From an uncultured delta proteobacterium (GTDB lineage: Bacteria > Myxococcota_A > Polyangia > Fen-1088), in contig CAVTRY010000011.1 in NCBI GenBank assembly GCA_963737265.1, positions 128,001 through 192,000 of the forward strand: a stretch of DNA of 64,000 bases. The letters are read 5' to 3'. The notes under the pieces were generated by a model. That model worked only from the letters and a program-made list of their open reading frames with translations. It had not been told where the DNA came from and made no database searches. Both the position numbers and the translations under genes were made by a program. Every line of letters begins with the position of its first letter. Position 1 is the stretch's first letter. Positions 59,498 through 64,000 of the stretch are shown piece by piece.

Positions 59498-60304
59498 ATG
59501 GCAACCCGAGTTGGAGTGGTCCTGTCTGGCTGCGGCTCCGCGGATGGCTCCGAGATCAACGAGGCGGTGCTGGCGATGTACTGGATCGAGCGATGCGGTG
59601 GGCGGGTCGTGTGCATGGCCCCGGACGTCGCGCAAGCTCGTGTGGTCGACCATCTGACGCGGACGCAGGAGACGCAAGCGTCCCCACGTCGGGTGATGTC
59701 CGAGTCGGCGCGCATCGCGCGCGGTCAGGTGAGCGAGATTTCCACCGTGCGCGATACCGATCTCGACGCGCTTGTTTTTCCCGGCGGCAACGGCGTTGCC
59801 ACGGTGCTGTCGAACTACGCCGAAAAAGGCGTCGTCTGCGAAGTCCATCCCGAGGTCGCGCGTCTCCTGAAGGCGATGCTTGCCCGGCGGCGGCCGATGG
59901 GATTCATCTGCCTGGCCCCGATCCTGGCGGCGCGTGTGCTTGGGCCGGCGGCGGGCGTGCGCATCACCCTTGGCACCAAGGCATCGGTCGAATCCAAACA
60001 CGCGGCGGTCATGGGCGCGGATGTTCGGCCCTGCCCGGTGCGAGAGATCCTGGTCGACCAGAAGAACCGGGTGGTGTCGACGCCAGCCTACATGGTGGAC
60101 GACGTGCGGCTCTCCGAGGTGGCCATGGGCATCGAACGGCTGGTCCGCCAGGTTGTGGCGCTCACGCGCGACCGCCAGCCGCGCCCGCAAGCGGGGCCGA
60201 GCCAGGCCGCCACGAAACGCCCGCCAGCCGGCGTCCAGACCGCCCCTGGTGGCGTCGTGGTCCGCCGCCCGGGAAACCATCGGGACGGCCAGCGAACCGC
60301 GTAG
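59498..60304 (+). CDS. elbB: ElbB / ES1-type DJ-1 family glyoxalase
   Basis: VLSGCG..DGSEI.E, ESARIARG, FPGG.G, GFICLAP, STPAYM. Confidence 0.88.
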   Translation: MATRVGVVLSGCGSADGSEINEAVLAMYWIERCGGRVVCMAPDVAQARVVDHLTRTQETQASPRRVMSESARIARGQVSEISTVRDTDLDALVFPGGNGVATVLSNYAEKGVVCEVHPEVARLLKAMLARRRPMGFICLAPILAARVLGPAAGVRITLGTKASVESKHAAVMGADVRPCPVREILVDQKNRVVSTPAYMVDDVRLSEVAMGIERLVRQVVALTRDRQPRPQAGPSQAATKRPPAGVQTAPGGVVVRRPGNHRDGQRTA

Positions 60305-60335
60305 GAGCCGGGGTAAGCCCGGAGCGGGCTGGCGC

Positions 60336-60851
60336 CTAATCGTCCAGTCGGCGATTCTTCTTAATCTGGCCGAGCGCTTTCTGGTACTCGACTTCCCAGG
60401 TTGCGGTCCCTTCTTCCAGATTTTTGATGCGGCGGCGGACCTCGGCGTCGATTTCGTCGTCGATCTGCATGTGCCGCTTGAGGATGTCCGTCATCCGCTT
60501 GCGCAGGGTCGCGTCGTCGGCGAAAACCTCTTCCACATGAGGCGATTGCATGAATGACTCGATCATTTGCGTCGTCATCCAGTCGAGTCCCTCGTCGCCC
60601 AGCCCCAAGCCCTTTTCGGCCGCTAGTTGACGCTTGATCTTGCCGAAATGCTCGTAGGGCAGATTGCGCTTCTGCAGGAGATCCTTCGCCTTGTCGGTCA
60701 CTTCCCGCTCCAGGCGCAGGTATTCCTTGAGCACGGCCTGCACATCGAGCTCAGCTTCGGCTTGGTTGAGGACAGACAGGTCTTTGCTGTCGATCAGGGC
60801 CTTGACGATCTCGGACCCGATGACCGGAATCTTGCCAGTATAGAGACGCAT
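60336..60851 (-). CDS. DUF507 family protein
   Basis: MRLYTGKI, VEEVFADD, EIDAEVRRRIKNLEEGT. Confidence 0.75.
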   Translation of the reverse strand: MRLYTGKIPVIGSEIVKALIDSKDLSVLNQAEAELDVQAVLKEYLRLEREVTDKAKDLLQKRNLPYEHFGKIKRQLAAEKGLGLGDEGLDWMTTQMIESFMQSPHVEEVFADDATLRKRMTDILKRHMQIDDEIDAEVRRRIKNLEEGTATWEVEYQKALGQIKKNRRLDD

Positions 60852-60936
60852 TTCTCCGCGGCTTCTATAAGAGGGCAAGGAGGCAGTCAAGGACGACCGC
60901 AAGACAAAGTTCGTGTCGCTTTGTTGTTCTCGGCCC

Positions 60937-60964
60937 TTGACAGGTGCCTCGCGGCAAGCAAAAT
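60937..60964 (+). promoter_or_regulatory. Probable sigma70 promoter of tRNA
   Basis: TTGACA-N16-CAAAAT followed by GC-rich discriminator CGCCCGGCG. Confidence 0.5.
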
Positions 60965-61017
60965 CGCCCGGCGTCGCTCGGCAGGCGTCCTAGAAGTAGC
61001 CGATGATACGAAAACAT

Positions 61018-61091
61018 GGCGGGTTAGCTCAGTTGGTTAGAGCAGGCGTTTCATACGCGCCGGGCCCTCGGTTCGAGTCCGAGATCCGCCA
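61018..61091 (+). tRNA. tRNA-Met (CAT), elongator type; CCA not encoded
   Basis: Acceptor GGCGGGT/ATCCGCC, D arm GCTC/GAGC, anticodon arm GGCGT-TTCATAC-GCGCC, T arm CTCGG-TTCGAGT-CCGAG; G1-C72 pair excludes initiator. Confidence 0.92.
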
Positions 61092-61263
61092 CTATCGAGA
61101 GTTCCGCTGCTGTTCGCGCGAGTCCGCGGTGCCTAGCAAAATCAGCAACTTATCGCTGTTTTGATGTTTTGATGTTTTGACTCTGCCAATGTCCGGGGGA
61201 CCGGGGTGGGGACCGGGGAGAGGCGGCCATCCCCCGCCGCAAAATCTGGTACACTTGGGGCTC

Positions 61264-61527
61264 GTGACCCTTTCTATCGAGATACCAGAGGCGACCCTTC
61301 GGGCGCTGGGGCCTTCTTCTTCCGAGGCAGAGGGCAGGGTGCGCCTTGCGGCGGCCATGAAGCTACACGAGCTGGGGCAGTTGTCGTCCGGCGCCGCGGC
61401 TGCCCTGGCTGGCATTACCAGGGTCGAGTTCCTGTACAGGCCGGGGGAGTTCGGCGTCAACGCCTTCCAAGAAAGCCCGGAAGAGCTGGCCCGCGAACTG
61501 GCGGCGTTGCGATCCACCCGTGCCTGA
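61264..61527 (+). CDS. UPF0175 family putative antitoxin
   Basis: RLAAAMKLHELGQLSSGAAAALAGITRVEFL...GV...EEL. Confidence 0.8.
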   Translation: MTLSIEIPEATLRALGPSSSEAEGRVRLAAAMKLHELGQLSSGAAAALAGITRVEFLYRPGEFGVNAFQESPEELARELAALRSTRA

Positions 61528-61612
61528 AACCGTCTCGAATACGTCGCCGCTGATCTACCTGCACCTACTGCGCCGTCTTGAGCTGCTGCCGCTTCTGTTT
61601 GGCAAGGCAGGC
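61520..61612 (+). pseudogene. Truncated DUF3368 (PIN-like) toxin
   Basis: VSNTSPLIYL...LELLPLLFG N-terminus overlapping UPF0175 stop; similarity lost after about 30 codons. Confidence 0.7.
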
Positions 61613-61697
61613 GGCAATCGCTGCGCTGGCCGGGGAGGTGAAACCGTGAAGAACTTCGCACAGGCGAAGGCTAAAAGACCGCTGTCGGATCGTCTCA

Positions 61698-61949
61698 CTA
61701 CCGGAGGCGTTCGATTTGAGTCCTCGCGCATTCCATGATGCCGAGGTGTCTGACCATCTGCTTGACCTTGCCAACCTGTATTTCTGGATTCTTTCGCGCC
61801 CCATGTTCGCCAACCGGGAGACCTGGGAACGTCTTCTCGCCGAAAGTCACGACCCAGTTGTGCGTGCGCTCTTTCCGGGTATGCCCTGGGGCACAGTGGT
61901 CAAGCATCGCCCAGATGTCGGCCAGGGCTATGGTCCCTGACGAAGACAC
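61698..61949 (-). CDS. HicA-like small basic toxin (putative)
   Basis: 83 aa; THNWVVTF, P...HG....EI..G.VKQMVRHLGI pattern. Confidence 0.6.
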   Translation of the reverse strand: MSSSGTIALADIWAMLDHCAPGHTRKERTHNWVVTFGEKTFPGLPVGEHGARKNPEIQVGKVKQMVRHLGIMECARTQIERLR

Positions 61950-61955
61950 GAAAGG

Positions 61956-62429
61956 CTAAGCAGCCTCTCGTATTTCGTCGAAGGAATTGTCGCTTGCGGT
62001 GGCCTGCGTGTCGATCCGCCTGACCTCGATTTTGGGTGGGCATGAATCGGCATCCATTGCCTTCAGATCCGATAGCGATAGTTTGCCCGCCCGAACAGCC
62101 GCGACGGATTGAGCCCACACGTCCAGATTTGGTTCATTCACCTCCGAGAAGAACAGTTTGACTGACTCCTCGAAAGCCTCGAATGAGGTGGCGTCCGCAG
62201 CGATGTCGAAGAAGACGGATAGATAGCTCTTCTTGAATTCGCGGAATGCTTCCGACCGCTCGCGCCCGCCTCCAGCGACACCGCCTGGCTGGACGCCAAA
62301 CATCCAGATATCCCCGTCACCTTCATCTGTCAGCAGGACTCGTCCGCACACAGCCACATAGGCGACGAAACCGTTTCCAGAAACCGCGTCTCGAAAGGAA
62401 AAAACCAGTGGGTAGGTAGTAGCGTTCAA
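61956..62429 (-). CDS. HicB-like acidic antitoxin (putative)
   Basis: IWMFGVQPGGVAGGGRERSEAFREF resembles HicB core; acidic; 6 nt gap to HicA-like gene; TTG start with RBS. Confidence 0.5.
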   Translation of the reverse strand: MNATTYPLVFSFRDAVSGNGFVAYVAVCGRVLLTDEGDGDIWMFGVQPGGVAGGGRERSEAFREFKKSYLSVFFDIAADATSFEAFEESVKLFFSEVNEPNLDVWAQSVAAVRAGKLSLSDLKAMDADSCPPKIEVRRIDTQATASDNSFDEIREAA

Positions 62430-62648
62430 TGGTTCCCTCTGTTCTTTAGATTCGGCACTTCTTCATGCGTTCCTAAGAATACGCCCGTTTCCCTACGTCG
62501 GAAACGCCAGAAAGGCAAGGTAGGAAAGGGCAAGGGGCGTAAGTCTGGGGGTAACTGTGGGGGTAACTGTCCAAGCGCATCGACATAAACCAGAGTAGTT
62601 TCAGCTCGTTGCGTCGCCAGTTCGATGGCGAGATCCGCCACTCCTATC

Positions 62649-62981
62649 TCAACCCGCCGCAAGGCGGGCGCACAGCGCATTCCAGTCGGGGCCGGACGAG
62701 ATCAGCAGAATGCCCGCCCGCGCGGTGAAGCGCGGATCCACGTTCTCGTTTGAATTGCAATGCACGATGATTCCCGAGACCTTGATCTCGGTGGGTTCTC
62801 CATCGAGCTGAACCAGGACGTGAATCCGAGTTCCCACCGGGCGCGCGTCCGGCATGACGAGGAGCATGCCGCGGCTGCTGGCGTTCACGATGCGCGAGTG
62901 AATCGCCGGCCCTTGCATATCCAGGCGAATAATCGCGGTGGCGTCGAGCTCCATCCGCGGTCCATCCCAGCGTCGGTCCAT
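62649..62981 (-). CDS. Single PilZ-domain protein
   Basis: DRRWDGPR, NASSRG, GIIVH, AGI. Confidence 0.78.
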   Translation of the reverse strand: MDRRWDGPRMELDATAIIRLDMQGPAIHSRIVNASSRGMLLVMPDARPVGTRIHVLVQLDGEPTEIKVSGIIVHCNSNENVDPRFTARAGILLISSGPDWNALCARLAAG

Positions 62982-63023
62982 ATCAGTCAGGGAAAACCTC
63001 TGCCGTCGTCCGGGGTCGAAGCG

Positions 63024-63854
63024 CTACTTGCCGCTCGTTTCGGGCTTGGCTCCGCTCTTGGGCGCGGGGGCGCTGCGCGAGGCAGCGTCGGCGGCAGCGG
63101 CAGCGGCGGCGGCGGCGTCGGCGGCGCCCGCCGCGGTGGTGGGCAGGGCGACTCCGGCGCCACCGCCACCCGCTTGGGCGACCGGCGTTTCCGGGGTTCC
63201 CTCGGGGTTGCGATCCCACTTGTCGACGCGGCCCGAGCCGGTGGTGTCGTAGCCAACCCGGTCGAGGTGTCCGTTCTCGAAGTACTGCCATTCGTCAATC
63301 CTGCCGTCGCCGTTGCTATCCCGCTCGACCCGCACCAACTTGCCGCCCTCGTAGAACTCGAAATAGTCCGGCCTGCCGTCGAAATCCATGTCCTTCTCGG
63401 CCCGAACCTTCTTGCCCTCCTGGTAGAACGTGCGGCCGTTGAACTTGCCGTTGTAGTTCATGGAATACTCGTCCATGACCAGGTCGCCCGCCGGCCCGTA
63501 GTACTGGATGAGGTCGATCTTGCCGTCGAAGTCCAGGTCGGTCTGCTTGCAGACCAGCTGCTGCACCGAATGGCCGTCCTGGGTCGCGGAAACGAATATT
63601 TTGATGACGTCGGGCTTGCCGTCGCCGTTGGCATCCAGGGAAACCACCTGCTTTCCCCGGTCGTCGCAGCGCGAGCGGTCGAACTTGGCGCCGAAATCGC
63701 CTTGGGAAACATTAGGGTCGGAACCCGGATTCCCCGTCGGCGGCGTTTGGGTGCCCGCGCAGCCAGCAGAAACGGCGGCAATGGCGAGTCCGATCGACAG
63801 AAGACGCGCGGTCCAACCGGACGCGCGGATAGAGGGTGCGTGGAATGGGCGCAT
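63024..63854 (-). CDS. Lipoprotein with Dx[DN]xDG Ca-binding-like repeats
   Basis: Lipobox SAGC; DANGDGKPD, DLDFDGKID, DMDFDGRPD, DSNGDGRID. Confidence 0.78.
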   Translation of the reverse strand: MRPFHAPSIRASGWTARLLSIGLAIAAVSAGCAGTQTPPTGNPGSDPNVSQGDFGAKFDRSRCDDRGKQVVSLDANGDGKPDVIKIFVSATQDGHSVQQLVCKQTDLDFDGKIDLIQYYGPAGDLVMDEYSMNYNGKFNGRTFYQEGKKVRAEKDMDFDGRPDYFEFYEGGKLVRVERDSNGDGRIDEWQYFENGHLDRVGYDTTGSGRVDKWDRNPEGTPETPVAQAGGGGAGVALPTTAAGAADAAAAAAAAADAASRSAPAPKSGAKPETSGK

Positions 63855-64000
63855 AAGCGGTAGGCTAGGCCAAGTGGACGATTGCGGCAAGGGGCAGTGA
63901 CACTTCAATTGACTATCGACATATGGTCATGCAAGGTCTTGCCATGGCACGGAACAAGATTTCCACGACCGTGTACATCACCGCGGAACAGAACGAGCAG

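Larger units (their letters stand above)
61080..62642. mobile_element. tRNA-Met-integrated mini genomic islet, no integrase
   Basis: Direct repeat CGAGATCCGCCACT at 61080-61093 and 62629-62642; IHF-like site and 12-bp-period tandem repeats near the ends. Confidence 0.82.

Noticed and set aside
61018-61091. Initiator tRNA or tRNA-Ile2 identity
   Set aside because: G1-C72 paired and no three G-C pairs in the anticodon stem; TTCATAC loop fits elongator Met, although Ile2 is not strictly excluded
62426-62680. 84-aa ORF across the right att site
   Set aside because: Translation of att and arm-type repeats (GQLPPQLPP); no coding signature
63925-63955. Sigma54-like TGGCAC / TGGCAA...TTGCA
   Set aside because: GG-to-GC spacing is 9 rather than 10 on the minus strand and the plus-strand copy lacks the -12 GC

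Overview
GC-rich bacterial chromosomal window. Its gene content (vWA lipoproteins, kinase-ATPase-TPR fusion, AgmX/PglI-like domain, PilZ proteins, DUF507, CheX) suggests Myxococcota/Polyangia; this is inference only. It opens with the 3' end of a catalytic [FeFe]-hydrogenase followed by a coupled signalling cassette: receiver, sensory [FeFe]-hydrogenase-histidine kinase fusion, hybrid kinase and TM1266-like protein. Next is a partial complex I operon (nuoABCD-G-HI, no E/F or J-N here), then housekeeping and envelope genes: EF-G paralogue, hemN, metW/metX with an Rrf2 regulator, peroxiredoxin, hemerythrin, mqnD/mqnB, a Gld-like ABC system, ABC-F, serC, GTP-PEPCK, yfgM/bamB-like, queA/tgt and elbB. 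Near the end a tRNA-Met carries a ~1.55 kb integrase-less islet bounded by a 14-bp direct repeat, with arm-type and IHF-like sites, a decayed UPF0175/DUF3368 pair and an intact divergent HicB/HicA-like pair. Non-coding features include two copies of a ~120-bp nested palindrome, a MITE-like hairpin array and a structured intergenic region. Two single-base frameshifts (about 22610 and 56196) are probably sequencing errors. No CRISPR array or rRNA was seen. All family calls come from motif recognition by eye, not database searches.
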